Source of the DNA: Eubacteriales bacterium
Lineage (GTDB): Bacteria; Bacillota; Clostridia; Oscillospirales; CAG-272
NCBI GenBank assembly: GCA_045656745.1
Contig: JAZORT010000023.1
Location: forward strand, 28,901-92,900
Direction: 5' to 3'
Length of the DNA: 64,000 bases
This document shows positions 1 to 10,025 of the stretch, in pieces. A program made the position numbers and the translations under genes. The notes under the pieces are model-generated. The model worked only from the letters and a program-made list of their open reading frames with translations, was not told where the DNA came from and searched no databases. Position 1 is the stretch's first letter. Each line of letters opens with the position of its first letter.

Positions 1-2020
1 TAAGGGAGGTGCCGAATAGGGAAATAAGCTTTGAGGTAACGCCCCCGCGCTCCCTTGCCTTGTATTTTGTGTCCCTTGCCGAATAGGAAAGGGTAAGGCT
101 CTCGGTTGCGTAGGTGTAAGCGCGTGTGAAGATGTAAAGCTCCCTTGCGCCCTTTACCTCAAGCTCGGGAGAAATCGAAAGACCGAGGGAGGAAAGGGTC
201 TGCTTGTCCCTTTCGGTAAAATATGCGTTGTCGCTTACATTACCCGGGAATTCTCCCGCATTAACACCCAAAAGGTAAATGTGTTTTTTGCCGTAAAGGC
301 GTATCATATCCGCGTTTCCAACGGTGACCTCGTGAGCATAAGAGGGGATTTTCGCCATATCAATGTTGCCAAAGCAGACCTTGAGCTGACCGACAAACGC
401 CTCTGTGTCAGCCACCAGGTCGCCCGAAACCTCGGCAAGAATGTCCAACGAGTCGCAAATAACGCGCCAAAGCCGCGCGGTCTCCTCCGCAAAGGAATGC
501 TCGCCCATAGAGCGAAGAACAGCGGCTCTGTCCGCAAGCCTTGCGGGAAGCTCGATTGAGGTAAGGAATGACACGAGCACCCGCGCCTGGTCTGCAACAG
601 TCTTTGCCCCCGAAGCCTCTTTTGCAAGGGTCAAAAGGGGAGAGACGAGCCTGGTTTTTATCTCGTTGATCCTTATGAGCCTTTCGGCAGACCCCTCGCG
701 CCAGATGGTGGTGTAGCCGCCGGGGTTCATATTCCAAAGCTCGCCGTCTGTAAAGCGGGAGCCGTTTATCTGCCACTTTTCTACATAATATTCAAGCTCG
801 TCGCACTCGTCGCGGCTTATTCCGCAAAGCGAGCATTTTGCGTAAGAGATAACCGCCTCGCGGGAAAATCCCGAGTGTATTGCCGCATAAGCGGTGTAAA
901 TAAGCTTTATTGCCTCAAAGGACGAGGAGTCCTTTCTTCTTGACATAAAGGCGGGGATTTCTCGGCTGAAGAGAGCCGCATCAAGAATTCCCGTATATTT
1001 GTCAAGCGAGCGCGCAACAATGGCAAAGTCGGAATAAGATGCCCCCTCGGTCACCCTGCGCTTAATATCCGATGCAATAAATTCGCACTCATCATAAGGC
1101 GTTTCTGCCTCGAAAATACGGATTTCTTCGGGATTTTGTAAACTAATGTTGTCAGAATTATAGCTTGTGCGCCACAAAAGCTCGCTTGACCTAGCAATCG
1201 GGCTCTCGGGATTTTGAGGAGTTGACTCGCAAGAGAGCCTGATGTCCGAGGATGCAAGTCTTGCCGCACGCTTCAGCCGCTCTATTGCCTCTCTCACCTC
1301 GGTAAACTCAAAGGAGTCTTCATTTACCTTTGAAATTCCGAAAAGGACGGTAAGGTTAAGGCGCGCCGAAAGCTCGCCGAGTATAGAATACTGCGGCTCG
1401 GTAAATGAGGTAAAGCCCTCAAGATAAACGAACGCTCCCCGAAGATAGTCGGGATTTATCCTGAGCTTTTCCAGCATCACCTGGCAGTCATCACCGCCGT
1501 CGGCGTATTTTTCGGAAAGTATCCTTTTATAAAGGGAATAAACCGCCCCAAGGTCCCCAAGCTTTGCCTTTAATCTGCCGTCGGTAAGCTCCTCTCGGCT
1601 TGCAGCAAGGGTAAGGTCGTCTGCGCTGATGCTCGCCGCGCTGAGCTGGTTTGCCGCAGCAAGGTATCTGGAAACCAGACCCTCGTTTACCTTTCTTGCG
1701 TTTGCGCTGGAAAGGTGGGGCGAAAGCTCTGTGAGCGTCCGCCACATAATAAGGCTCTTTTTCGTTTTGTCACAGTACTCGCCCGAAAGACCGCCAAGTG
1801 CGCGGGCGGTGGAGTTTGCAAGTCTTGTGAAATTCGTTACCTCAAAGTTGAGAGGCGCCGACGTGGGCAAAAGGTCTGCCATTTCACCCTCGGCAATAAC
1901 CGTCTGCTGCTCGGGAACGATAAGCAAAACCCGCTTTCCCGAAAGCACTCTCTCAAGAATTTCTTTCTTTATTCTCTCGTGTCCGGGAGCGTAAAAGCTG
2001 CTCTTTATAATGTTAAGCAT
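1..2020 (-). CDS. addB: AddB/RexB-like ATP-dependent helicase/nuclease subunit B (3' end runs off the window)
   Basis: Not in the ORF track. Manual translation from the ATG at 2020 gives MLNIIKSSFYAPGHERIKKEILERVLSGKRVLLIVPEQQTVIAEGEM...FEVTNFTRLA. The 'LIVPEQ' and 'V.xF.RLA' motifs are typical of AddB N-termini. Confidence 0.8.
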   Translation of the reverse strand, partial: MLNIIKSSFYAPGHERIKKEILERVLSGKRVLLIVPEQQTVIAEGEMADLLPTSAPLNFEVTNFTRLANSTARALGGLSGEYCDKTKKSLIMWRTLTELSPHLSSANARKVNEGLVSRYLAAANQLSAASISADDLTLAASREELTDGRLKAKLGDLGAVYSLYKRILSEKYADGGDDCQVMLEKLRINPDYLRGAFVYLEGFTSFTEPQYSILGELSARLNLTVLFGISKVNEDSFEFTEVREAIERLKRAARLASSDIRLSCESTPQNPESPIARSSELLWRTSYNSDNISLQNPEEIRIFEAETPYDECEFIASDIKRRVTEGASYSDFAIVARSLDKYTGILDAALFSREIPAFMSRRKDSSSFEAIKLIYTAYAAIHSGFSREAVISYAKCSLCGISRDECDELEYYVEKWQINGSRFTDGELWNMNPGGYTTIWREGSAERLIRINEIKTRLVSPLLTLAKEASGAKTVADQARVLVSFLTSIELPARLADRAAVLRSMGEHSFAEETARLWRVICDSLDILAEVSGDLVADTEAFVGQLKVCFGNIDMAKIPSYAHEVTVGNADMIRLYGKKHIYLLGVNAGEFPGNVSDNAYFTERDKQTLSSLGLSISPELEVKGARELYIFTRAYTYATESLTLSYSARDTKYKARERGGVTSKLISLFGTSL

Positions 2021-2537
2021 TGTTTACACCTCCCAGGAAGCTTTCGTCTATTTTGTAGCCCTGCTTTCTTGATGAAAGTATTATTTTTTCACCCTTTTCA
2101 AGCTTTTCGCGCAGGTAGTGGATATATACGTTGATTATGCCCGCATCCGCTTCGTTGTTCCATATTTCACCGAGTATCTCCTCTCTCGAAACATACTCGC
2201 CGCCCGCCTCTATAAGAAGCCAAAGAAGCCTTGCCTCAAGCTCGGAGAGCTTTATCCTCTCGCCCCTGATAATGCAAATTCTTCCCTCGAGGCGGAGCGC
2301 CTCTTTCTTCAAATCACAATCAAGCACACCGAGGATTTCCTCATAGCTAAGAGGAAAATCAACCGAAATAATGCCCTCGCCCTCGGGAGCATCACCCATA
2401 GTTATCTTGTCCCAAAAGCAGGCGTCAAAGCCGTCTTGATACTCGACGGCATCAAAGGTTTGAGCGCTATTACCCAGCGTAAGCCTTATTTTTTGCCCAA
2501 AATAGCGGTTTTTTGTCACCGCAAGCACTCTTTTCAT
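2013..2537 (-). CDS. OmpR/PhoB-type winged-helix DNA-binding protein with a short, atypical N-terminal domain
   Basis: C-terminal 'LSELEARLLWLL...VSREEILGEIW...INVYIHYLREKL...ILSSRKQGY' is the Trans_reg_C signature. Start placed at MKRVLAV after a GGGGAGG RBS. Its stop overlaps the addB start. Confidence 0.8.
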   Translation of the reverse strand: MKRVLAVTKNRYFGQKIRLTLGNSAQTFDAVEYQDGFDACFWDKITMGDAPEGEGIISVDFPLSYEEILGVLDCDLKKEALRLEGRICIIRGERIKLSELEARLLWLLIEAGGEYVSREEILGEIWNNEADAGIINVYIHYLREKLEKGEKIILSSRKQGYKIDESFLGGVNNA

Positions 2538-2836
2538 AGCACCCTCCCCGAAAAATTCTAATTTATTAAAATTATTATAACCCAAACTTAGAAAAATGTC
2601 AATAAATTTGTTGATTTTTGAAAGAATATTAGCCCCGCTTTTTCTCTCGCCAAAAGTCATTTGCCCACACGCCACGCCTCCAATATCCAAAACCTGACTT
2701 TTTGTACTGAAATTTGCCTTTTTTCTTGGCTTAAAGTCAATAAACGCAATATCAAGGTTAATATTTGCAATTGTTGAAGCAGAGAATATATAGTATAATA
2801 TTCTTGTTAAACTTTTTCATATAAGGAGAAAAAATA

Positions 2837-3805
2837 ATGAACAACGACATGATGAAAGAACTCTATTCCATCGGTCTTATTCCCGTAATCAAGATCGAGA
2901 ATGCAGACGACGCAGTACCTCTTGCAAAGGCTCTTATCGACGGCGGACTTCCCGCAGCAGAGATCACCTTCAGAACCGCTTGCGCCGCTGAAGCTATTAA
3001 AAATATTACCGAGGCGTATCCCGAAATGCTTGTAGGCGCGGGCACCGTTCTCACCACCGAGCAGGTTGACGCGGCTATCGCGGCAGGCTCCAAGTTTATC
3101 GTATCTCCCGGCCTTAACCCCAAGGTTGTTTCCTACTGCCTTTCCAAGGGTGTGCCTATGCTTCCCGGCTGTGCTAACCCCTCCGACGTTGAGGCGGCTC
3201 TCGAGCTTGGTCTCAAGACTGTAAAGTTCTTCCCCGCAGAGGCTGTTGGCGGTCTCAAGATGCTCAAGGCTATGGCTGCTCCCTACGGTCAGCTTACCTT
3301 TATGCCCACCGGCGGTATCAATGCGGACAACCTTCTCGACTATCTTAAGTTTAACAAGATCGTTGCTTGCGGCGGCTCCTTCATGGTAGCAGACCAGCTT
3401 GTTAAGGAGAAGAAGTGGGACGAGATTACCGCTCTCACCAAGGACGCAGTTAAGAAGATGCTCGGCCTTGAATTCCTCCACATGGGTATCAACACCGAGA
3501 ATAAGGAAGAGGCAGAGAAGTCTGCAAAGCTCTTCAATCTTATGTTCGGTATGCCTCTCAAGGAGACCTCCAAGTCCATTTTCGCAGGCGATGCCTTCGA
3601 GTTTATGATGGGCAAGGGCCCCGGCAAGTGCGGCCACATTGCAATCCGCACCAACTTCGTAGACCGAGCAATGGCATACTTCAAGCGCATGGGCTTCGAG
3701 TTTGACGAGTCCACCATTGCATACGATGACAAGACGGGCAAACCCAAGTTCGTATATTTCAAGGATGAAATTGCCGGTTTCGCGATTCACCTCCTTCAAA
3801 AGTAA
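2837..3805 (+). CDS. eda: KDPG/KHG aldolase with C-terminal VOC-like domain
   Basis: AAEITFRT, VGAGTVL, FIVSPG, VKFFPAE and FMPTGGI motifs; AAGGAG RBS. Confidence 0.93.
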   Translation: MNNDMMKELYSIGLIPVIKIENADDAVPLAKALIDGGLPAAEITFRTACAAEAIKNITEAYPEMLVGAGTVLTTEQVDAAIAAGSKFIVSPGLNPKVVSYCLSKGVPMLPGCANPSDVEAALELGLKTVKFFPAEAVGGLKMLKAMAAPYGQLTFMPTGGINADNLLDYLKFNKIVACGGSFMVADQLVKEKKWDEITALTKDAVKKMLGLEFLHMGINTENKEEAEKSAKLFNLMFGMPLKETSKSIFAGDAFEFMMGKGPGKCGHIAIRTNFVDRAMAYFKRMGFEFDESTIAYDDKTGKPKFVYFKDEIAGFAIHLLQK

Positions 3806-4060
3806 AATTTTGGTTATAAGCGGCGTTTTCCCGACTTGTCGTAGGTAACTACGCCTGGCGTCGAGAAGAACACCACTTCTAACTCAAAATTTACAATTTT
3901 GGCTACATTCGGCGCTCGCGTACCTTGCAATAGGTAACTATTGCCGGCGGTACACGAATCACCAAATCTAGCTCAAAATTTGCAATTTTGGCTATATCCG
4001 GCATTTTCCCGACTTGACGTAGGTAACTATTGCCGGCGGTACACGAATCACCAAATCCAA
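3806..4060. repeat. Three tandem ~89-bp REP-like palindromic units centred on TAGGTAACTA
   Basis: Units start AATTTTGG at 3806, 3895 and 3984. Central hairpins CGTAG-GTAA-CTACG and GCAATAG-GTAA-CTATTGC. A 38-bp segment is identical at 3931-3968 and 4020-4057. Confidence 0.8.
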
Positions 4061-4079
4061 ATCTAAATTCAATAAAACG

Positions 4080-4128
4080 CAAAAAAGCAATATCTTGTCC
4101 TGCATACGGCTCGATATTGCTTTTTTAT
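4080..4128 (+). terminator. Probable intrinsic terminator after eda and the repeat array
   Basis: AAAAAAGCAATATC...GATATTGCTTTTTT inverted repeat. Confidence 0.6.
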
Positions 4129-4359
4129 TATCCCGCCTCTGTTTCCGATATAAAAAAGACCCCATAATAAAAGTTTTTGCGGGGTGAGGGGAGCTTTTTT
4201 CAAAAAGCACCCCTCGTAATCCCCTCGTATTCCCCCTCGTACCTCCACCCCGTCTCCCTCGTATCTCCACCTTTTCTTATTATCCCCGCGGCGGTTTTCG
4301 GCATAAAATGGTAATGGCGGCATTTTGCCGCATAACTTAAAAAACAAAGGACGATTTAT

Positions 4360-5085
4360 GTGGAAATAGTTGTTTTAGTTGCTCTCGGAGTTGGCGGAGC
4401 CACTGTTGCGGGGGCGGTGCTTGGCTTTATTTTCAAGGGCTTTTCGTTAAAATACGGCGGGCTTATAATGGCGTTTGCCTCGGGGGTAATGCTGTCATCG
4501 TCAATGATGGGGCTGATTTTGCCGTCTCTTGAGCTTGGCGGAGAGTTTGCGCCTCTTGTGACCATTCCTGCCATATTTCTTGGCGCGGTGCTTCTTGATT
4601 TTATTGAAAAGGCGTTGCCCGAGGAGGGCGATTTTCCGAAGGATGGCGAGCAGAGGCGCGCGGTAATGCTTTTTGTTCTTGCCATAGCTTTACACAATCT
4701 GCCTGAGGGAATGGCGGCAGGAGTTGGCTTTTGGACGGGGGATATGGCTGACGCGCTGTTTATTTCTCTTGGAATTGCGGTACAGAATTTGCCCGAGGGA
4801 ATGGTGCTTATTCCGCCGATGATTTCTGCCGGCATCAGCCCCGCGAGGGCGCTTTTATACGCAGCTCTTACGGGCGTTATAGAGATAATCGGTACATTTA
4901 TCGGTTATTTTGCCGTTGGTGCGGCGAATTTCATGCTTCCCTTTGCCCTCGCCTTTGCTGGCGGCACGATGATTTATGTAATAAGCGAGGATATGATGCG
5001 CGACAAGGGCGGCACCGACCACTTTGGCTACGCGCTTCTTATGGGATTTTCGCTGATGCTGGTATTTAATTTTATTTTGAAGTAA
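4360..5085 (+). CDS. ZIP family divalent metal transporter (ZupT/GufA-like)
   Basis: 'AFASGVML', 'AIALHNLPEGMAAGVGF', 'IAVQNLPEG' and 'LAFAGGTMIYV' motifs; many TM segments. Confidence 0.9.
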   Translation: MEIVVLVALGVGGATVAGAVLGFIFKGFSLKYGGLIMAFASGVMLSSSMMGLILPSLELGGEFAPLVTIPAIFLGAVLLDFIEKALPEEGDFPKDGEQRRAVMLFVLAIALHNLPEGMAAGVGFWTGDMADALFISLGIAVQNLPEGMVLIPPMISAGISPARALLYAALTGVIEIIGTFIGYFAVGAANFMLPFALAFAGGTMIYVISEDMMRDKGGTDHFGYALLMGFSLMLVFNFILK

Positions 5086-5152
5086 AATCTATTGATTTAT
5101 TTTTCGATTTGTGGTAACATAATGGTATAAAAAAACTGATGAGGTAAAACAA

Positions 5153-6949
5153 ATGACCCAAGACAGATCGAAAATAGATCAAAAATACAAATGGGACCTT
5201 AGCGGAATATATAAAACCGCCGAGGACTTTTCGGCAGACTACGCCCTTTGCGAGAAAATGATTGCCGATTACCAAAAGCACGAAAAAACGATGCTTTCTT
5301 CGGCAGAGTCGCTTCTTTCTGCGCTCGCGGATATTGCCAAAATTTCTTCAAAGATTGAAAAGCTTTGGTGCTATGCGTACCTTAATTTTGCAACCGACAC
5401 ATCGAAGAGCGAATACCAGGCAGGCGTTGCAAGAGTGCGCACCCTTGCCGCAGGCGCAGATGCAAAAACCTGGTTCGTTTCTCCCTATATTATAAGACTT
5501 GACGAAAAAACCGTTAGCGAGTGGTACAAGAACTGTCCTGCTCTCCTCAGCTTCAAGCGTATGATTGACAACGGACTTCGCCAGAAGCCCTACACCCTCT
5601 CGGACGATTGCGAAAAGCTTGTTTCAAAGCTCTCCGAGGGACTTGACAGCCACGAAAATATCAGAAGCATTTTTGCAAACTCCGACCTCCGCTTCGGTAA
5701 AATAAGGAACGAAGAGGGCAAGCTCGTTGAGCTCCGCGACACGAATTACGTTACGATGCTCTCCTCCACCGACAGAAAGGTGCGCCGTTCGGCATTCCAG
5801 ACTCTTTACAAAACCTACGGCCAGTTTGCAAACACCTTTGGCACCCTTTATTCGAGCTATATTAAGGAGCAAACCACCCTTTCGGGAATGAGAGGCTATA
5901 AAAATTCCATAACCGCCTCTACCTTCCGCGATGAAGTTACTCCCGTTATCTACAATAATCTTATAAAGTCGGTTAAGGCGTCCTTGCCCACCCTCTACGA
6001 TTATTACGAGCTTAAAAGAGAGGTTCTCGGGCTTGACAGACTTCATATGTACGACCTTTACGCGCCCCTCGTTTCCCAGTGCGAAAAGGAATACACCTAC
6101 GAGCAGGGCGTTGCCGATGTTCTGGATATGGCAAAGGTGTTCGGCGAGGAGTATTACAGCACCTTGAAGGCAGGACTTTTAGAAAAGGGCTGGGTTGACG
6201 TTTATCCCGCAAAGGGCAAGCAGGGCGGTGCATTCAGCGCAGGCTGTCCCGAGACCGAGCCGTATATTCTCCTTAACTTTAACGGCAGACTTGACGACGT
6301 TTCAACCCTTGCCCACGAGGCAGGCCACTCAATGCATTCCTACTTCTCGCGCAAGTATAACGAGCCCCACAATTCCCAATACACGATCTTTGTTGCCGAG
6401 GTTGCCTCTACCGTAAACGAGCTTCTCTTGGCGCACAAAAAGCTCTCCGAGTGCGAAAGTAAGGAAGAAAAGCTTGCTATCCTTGACAGACTTATGGAAA
6501 CCTACAAGGGTACCCTCTACCGCCAGACTATGTTTGCCGAGTTTGAGAGGGATATGCACGCAAAGAGCGAAAAGGGCGAGCCCCTTACCGCCGAGAGCAT
6601 CTCCACTCACTACAAAAAGCTGGTTTGCAAGTACTTTGGCCCCAAGGTTGTAAAGGATAAGCAGATAGCCATCGAATGGATGAGAATTCCTCACTTCTAT
6701 TCCGCCTTTTACGTTTATAAGTACGCAACCTGCATCTCCGCAGCATCCGCAATAGTAAAGCGTATTGAAACCGAGGGAGAAGAGTATATTTCAAAGTATA
6801 TCGACTTCTTAAAGTGCGGTGGCTCTATGTCTCCTCTTGACAGCCTCAAGGTTGCGGGAATAGATATGTCCGACCCCAAGGTGGTCGATGGAGCTATCGA
6901 AGATTTTGCTTCAGCAATTAAGCTCTTCAGAGAGGTTTATTCCTCGTAA
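5153..6949 (+). CDS. pepF: Oligoendopeptidase F (peptidase M3B)
   Basis: KYKWDLSGIY N-terminus, 'TLAHEAGHSMH' zinc motif, 'AEVAST', 'IPHFY...YVYKYA'. Confidence 0.95.
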   Translation: MTQDRSKIDQKYKWDLSGIYKTAEDFSADYALCEKMIADYQKHEKTMLSSAESLLSALADIAKISSKIEKLWCYAYLNFATDTSKSEYQAGVARVRTLAAGADAKTWFVSPYIIRLDEKTVSEWYKNCPALLSFKRMIDNGLRQKPYTLSDDCEKLVSKLSEGLDSHENIRSIFANSDLRFGKIRNEEGKLVELRDTNYVTMLSSTDRKVRRSAFQTLYKTYGQFANTFGTLYSSYIKEQTTLSGMRGYKNSITASTFRDEVTPVIYNNLIKSVKASLPTLYDYYELKREVLGLDRLHMYDLYAPLVSQCEKEYTYEQGVADVLDMAKVFGEEYYSTLKAGLLEKGWVDVYPAKGKQGGAFSAGCPETEPYILLNFNGRLDDVSTLAHEAGHSMHSYFSRKYNEPHNSQYTIFVAEVASTVNELLLAHKKLSECESKEEKLAILDRLMETYKGTLYRQTMFAEFERDMHAKSEKGEPLTAESISTHYKKLVCKYFGPKVVKDKQIAIEWMRIPHFYSAFYVYKYATCISAASAIVKRIETEGEEYISKYIDFLKCGGSMSPLDSLKVAGIDMSDPKVVDGAIEDFASAIKLFREVYSS

Positions 6950-6978
6950 AACGAGAAAAATGTAAATAAATATAGACA

Positions 6979-7027
6979 AAAAGACTATGAAACGCCGATT
7001 TTTCGGACAAATCATAGTCTTTTTTTG
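6979..7027. terminator. Bidirectional terminator between convergent pepF and MFS genes
   Basis: AAAAGACTATGA...TCATAGTCTTTTTTT inverted repeat. Confidence 0.65.
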
Positions 7028-7038
7028 TTGTGGAAAAA

Positions 7039-8274
7039 TTATTTTTTTCTTAAAAATCTTGACCAGATGGGAATGTTTATAAGTGAAATAATAAGTGACA
7101 CCGCCATTATCACTATCCAGGCAATTATCGTCGTTTCCCAGCTAATCTCGGCAAGACCCGTAAAGAGGGTGTTTGAGGCAACGACGCCGAACGAAGCAGA
7201 GCAGTTAAGAAGTCCCGCAACGGTAGCTCCCTTGCCGTAAGCATTAAACCTTGCCGCAATATAAGAGGTGGTAAAGAGGGAAGCCGCGCTCATAGCCGCC
7301 ACCACAAGAGCAAGTAAAATTACGATAACAATAGGGTCGACCCTGCCGATAAGAAGCATTAACGCGGTAAGGGGCAGAGCAACTAAGAAAAAGAGGCTGA
7401 CGATAATCGACTCGTTTCTCAAAAATTTTGGATAAATAAGGCGGGAGATAAACGGCCCGACCGCCCCCGAAACCAGAATAATTATACTCAGTACGGTTGC
7501 GAAAACGGGAGAAATATTTTCGTATGATTCGTTTATCATAGTGGGCGCAACCGCCTTCATTCCAAGGTCGAACATCGTCCTTGTGAAGGAGAGGATAAGA
7601 AGCAGAATAATTCCCGCCCGAAGAGCGGTTTTGAGGAAATTGCCCCCTCCGCGCTCACCCTTTGCTTCAACAGCGGGAAGAGTGGTTACAGTAAGGTGCT
7701 TTTTAACGCTTCGGCAGGTGATTTCCCAAATTATAGCAATAAGGAAAAGTCCCAGCGCGCTGACAAGGAAGTTGAGCCGCCACCTTGAGCCGACAAACGC
7801 CGCAAGAACGTAGCCCAAAACAACGCCTACCGGGTTGCCGAACGTAACCTTAAAGAGCGATGAAATCTGCATCTCGGGGCGGAGCATCGTTGAAACGATC
7901 TTAAAGGTCGCAGGCCACACCGCAAACTGCAAGCAGGCGTTGACAACCCAGGAGACGAGCATTACGGAATAGCTTTGGTCAAAGTAAATTACAAGGTTGC
8001 TGACCCCCGCACCAACAAGACCGACGGTTATAAACCTTTCGGGATTCCACTTGTCGGTAAGAAGTCCGCCGACAACCTGAAGCACCGCGTAAACAAGATA
8101 AAACGCCGCGGTTATCGTTCCCGTCTGGAGCTTTGTGAGGAGTCCCTCGTTAACGATAAATACCATCGAGGAGCCAAAGCAGTTTTTCGACATACAAATA
8201 TAAGCATACGCCAAAAAAAGCACCGAAAGCAGCCTAACGCAGGCGCCCTTGTCATAAATCACCCTCGTTTTCAA
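7039..8274 (-). CDS. MFS transporter
   Basis: About 12 hydrophobic segments, 'GGLLTDKWNPER' MFS motif-A-like loop; divergent from cassette 1; probable TTG start. Confidence 0.85.
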   Translation of the reverse strand: MKTRVIYDKGACVRLLSVLFLAYAYICMSKNCFGSSMVFIVNEGLLTKLQTGTITAAFYLVYAVLQVVGGLLTDKWNPERFITVGLVGAGVSNLVIYFDQSYSVMLVSWVVNACLQFAVWPATFKIVSTMLRPEMQISSLFKVTFGNPVGVVLGYVLAAFVGSRWRLNFLVSALGLFLIAIIWEITCRSVKKHLTVTTLPAVEAKGERGGGNFLKTALRAGIILLLILSFTRTMFDLGMKAVAPTMINESYENISPVFATVLSIIILVSGAVGPFISRLIYPKFLRNESIIVSLFFLVALPLTALMLLIGRVDPIVIVILLALVVAAMSAASLFTTSYIAARFNAYGKGATVAGLLNCSASFGVVASNTLFTGLAEISWETTIIAWIVIMAVSLIISLINIPIWSRFLRKK

Positions 8275-8310
8275 CGAAAGAACCCTCCTTTTTTAAAAAT
8301 TTCCTTGAAT

Positions 8311-8339
8311 ATTGTACCACCCTAAAATGCTTTTGTCAA
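8311..8339 (-). promoter_or_regulatory. Sigma-A-like promoter of the MFS gene
   Basis: On the minus strand TTGACA-17 bp-TACAAT with a TG extension. Confidence 0.6.
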
Positions 8340-8597
8340 CGCCTTGGGTGAAAAAGATGCAATACATGTGAATTTTCGAGAAAAAATGAAGGAATATTTG
8401 CGAAAACCGGTAAATTTCCTCAAAATTAATATATAAATGACGGGTGCGCGAGATGAAGTTTGGAATTTATATGAAAAACAATGGAACTTTTGCGGTTGAG
8501 AAGAAAGGTTGTGTTTTGTTAAAATATTATTAGCCGACAACGGCTTTTTGGACATTTTTTGTCAATAATGCTAAAAGCAATTAGGAAATTCAGTGAT

Positions 8598-10022
8598 ATG
8601 AGAGTAGAAATTAAGAACGAAGAAGTGCTAAAGAAGATAAACGAGCAAAGCATGAAGGATAAGGAATACATATCCGAAAGATGGGCGTATCTTGAAAACG
8701 AGCTCTGTAAGGATGCAGGCAAGGAAGCCTCGCATGAAATCATCGAGGCTTTGAAGGAGATGTTCGCTTTGTTCACTCCGGAGCTTATAGACTGGTTTGC
8801 CAACCTTTACGATTCCGACATAGGAGCTTTCTATTATTCGAATTCTGCAAGAGATAATACTCAATTTCTTCCCGACGTGGAATCCACCGCACAGGCGCTC
8901 GGATTTATAGCCAGCACCGGAATGGCAGGAAAATGCGGCATGAGCATATCCCACGTTTTGCCGGAGAAAATGCGTAAGGCGATCGTTGCTTTTACAAAAG
9001 GGCTTCAGGACGAGAACGGATTCTTTTATCATCCACAATGGGGCAAAGAAAAAACCGATGCCAACCTGTCAAGACGCGGCAGGGACGTTGGAATGGCTTC
9101 AATAGTCTTTAAGCGCGTTGACTCAGCCCCCACCTACGATACTCCGAACGGTGATAAGGGCGACGGTATTTTGGCAGACGGCACGAGGATCGAGACGGTA
9201 GAGAAAAAGGAGCAGAAGGCTCCCGCGGCAGATCTCGTTATGCCCGAGCATCTTTCTACTAAGGAAAAATTTGAGGAATATCTGTCAACTCTTGATATAA
9301 ACGGCTCCTCTTACGTAAACGGCAGTATCCTGGAGGCGCAGGCGTTCCAGATAGCAACGAGAGACCGTCAGCTCGAGGCAGAGGGTGCGGACTATCGCCT
9401 CTCCCCCATTCTTCACAAGTGGTTAAACGAGCATCAAAATCCCAAAACAGGTCTTTGGAAGCTTTGTGACGAGCCCGACTTTGAGGGCGTTAACGGACTT
9501 CTCAAGATCACGAGCGTTTATAATAAGCTTCGTCTTGAACTTCCGAATCCGATAGTGGCTTTGCGATCTGCAATGGCTGCCATAAGCTTTTCGGAAGAGC
9601 CCGAGACGGTGTGCTTCGTGCTGAATCCCTGGTACGCCATCTCCGTTGTGGTTACTAACGCAACGACCTACAAGACCTCCGGGGATAAGGAGACTACCGC
9701 GAGGGAGATTGCCGAATTTAAGGCGGCACTCTTTGAGGAATATCCGAAGCTCGTTCGTACCGCAACCTTTAATATGAACAAGTTCCGCAAGGCAGACGGC
9801 TCCTTCTCTTATCTTCAGCACAGAACTGCCGCTTCCTCTCAGGGAATGCCGGTTGCGCTTATGGGCGAGAACGAGGGAGATATAAACGCAACTATCTGTA
9901 TCAGAAGCGTGCTCGGTCACGTTATGGACATTCTCGGACATTATTCCACCGTTCCCATGTATACCGAAGCGGACGTTATGAGATATATGGCGATAATCGA
10001 ACAAAACACAGGGAAGGAGTAA
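8598..10022 (+). CDS. Cassette 1 cytoplasmic protein, unknown helical-barrel enzyme family
   Basis: No signal peptide. Motifs LYDxxxGAFYYSNSARD, FLPDVEST, FYHPQWG, RRGRD, GVNGLLK, NPW, DGSFSY and EGDINAT are shared with five paralogues in the window. Confidence 0.85.
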   Translation: MRVEIKNEEVLKKINEQSMKDKEYISERWAYLENELCKDAGKEASHEIIEALKEMFALFTPELIDWFANLYDSDIGAFYYSNSARDNTQFLPDVESTAQALGFIASTGMAGKCGMSISHVLPEKMRKAIVAFTKGLQDENGFFYHPQWGKEKTDANLSRRGRDVGMASIVFKRVDSAPTYDTPNGDKGDGILADGTRIETVEKKEQKAPAADLVMPEHLSTKEKFEEYLSTLDINGSSYVNGSILEAQAFQIATRDRQLEAEGADYRLSPILHKWLNEHQNPKTGLWKLCDEPDFEGVNGLLKITSVYNKLRLELPNPIVALRSAMAAISFSEEPETVCFVLNPWYAISVVVTNATTYKTSGDKETTAREIAEFKAALFEEYPKLVRTATFNMNKFRKADGSFSYLQHRTAASSQGMPVALMGENEGDINATICIRSVLGHVMDILGHYSTVPMYTEADVMRYMAIIEQNTGKE

Positions 10023-10025
10023 CAG

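Noticed and set aside
281-1994. Many short ORFs listed in the first 2 kb
   Set aside because: They overlap the addB reading frame on the minus strand, which the track missed because it runs off the window.
3440-3805. C-terminal VOC-like extension on Eda as a novelty
   Set aside because: This fusion is common in clostridial Eda proteins.
3806-4060. Possible CRISPR array
   Set aside because: The units are long palindromes with shared arms rather than constant repeats with unique spacers, and there are no cas genes.
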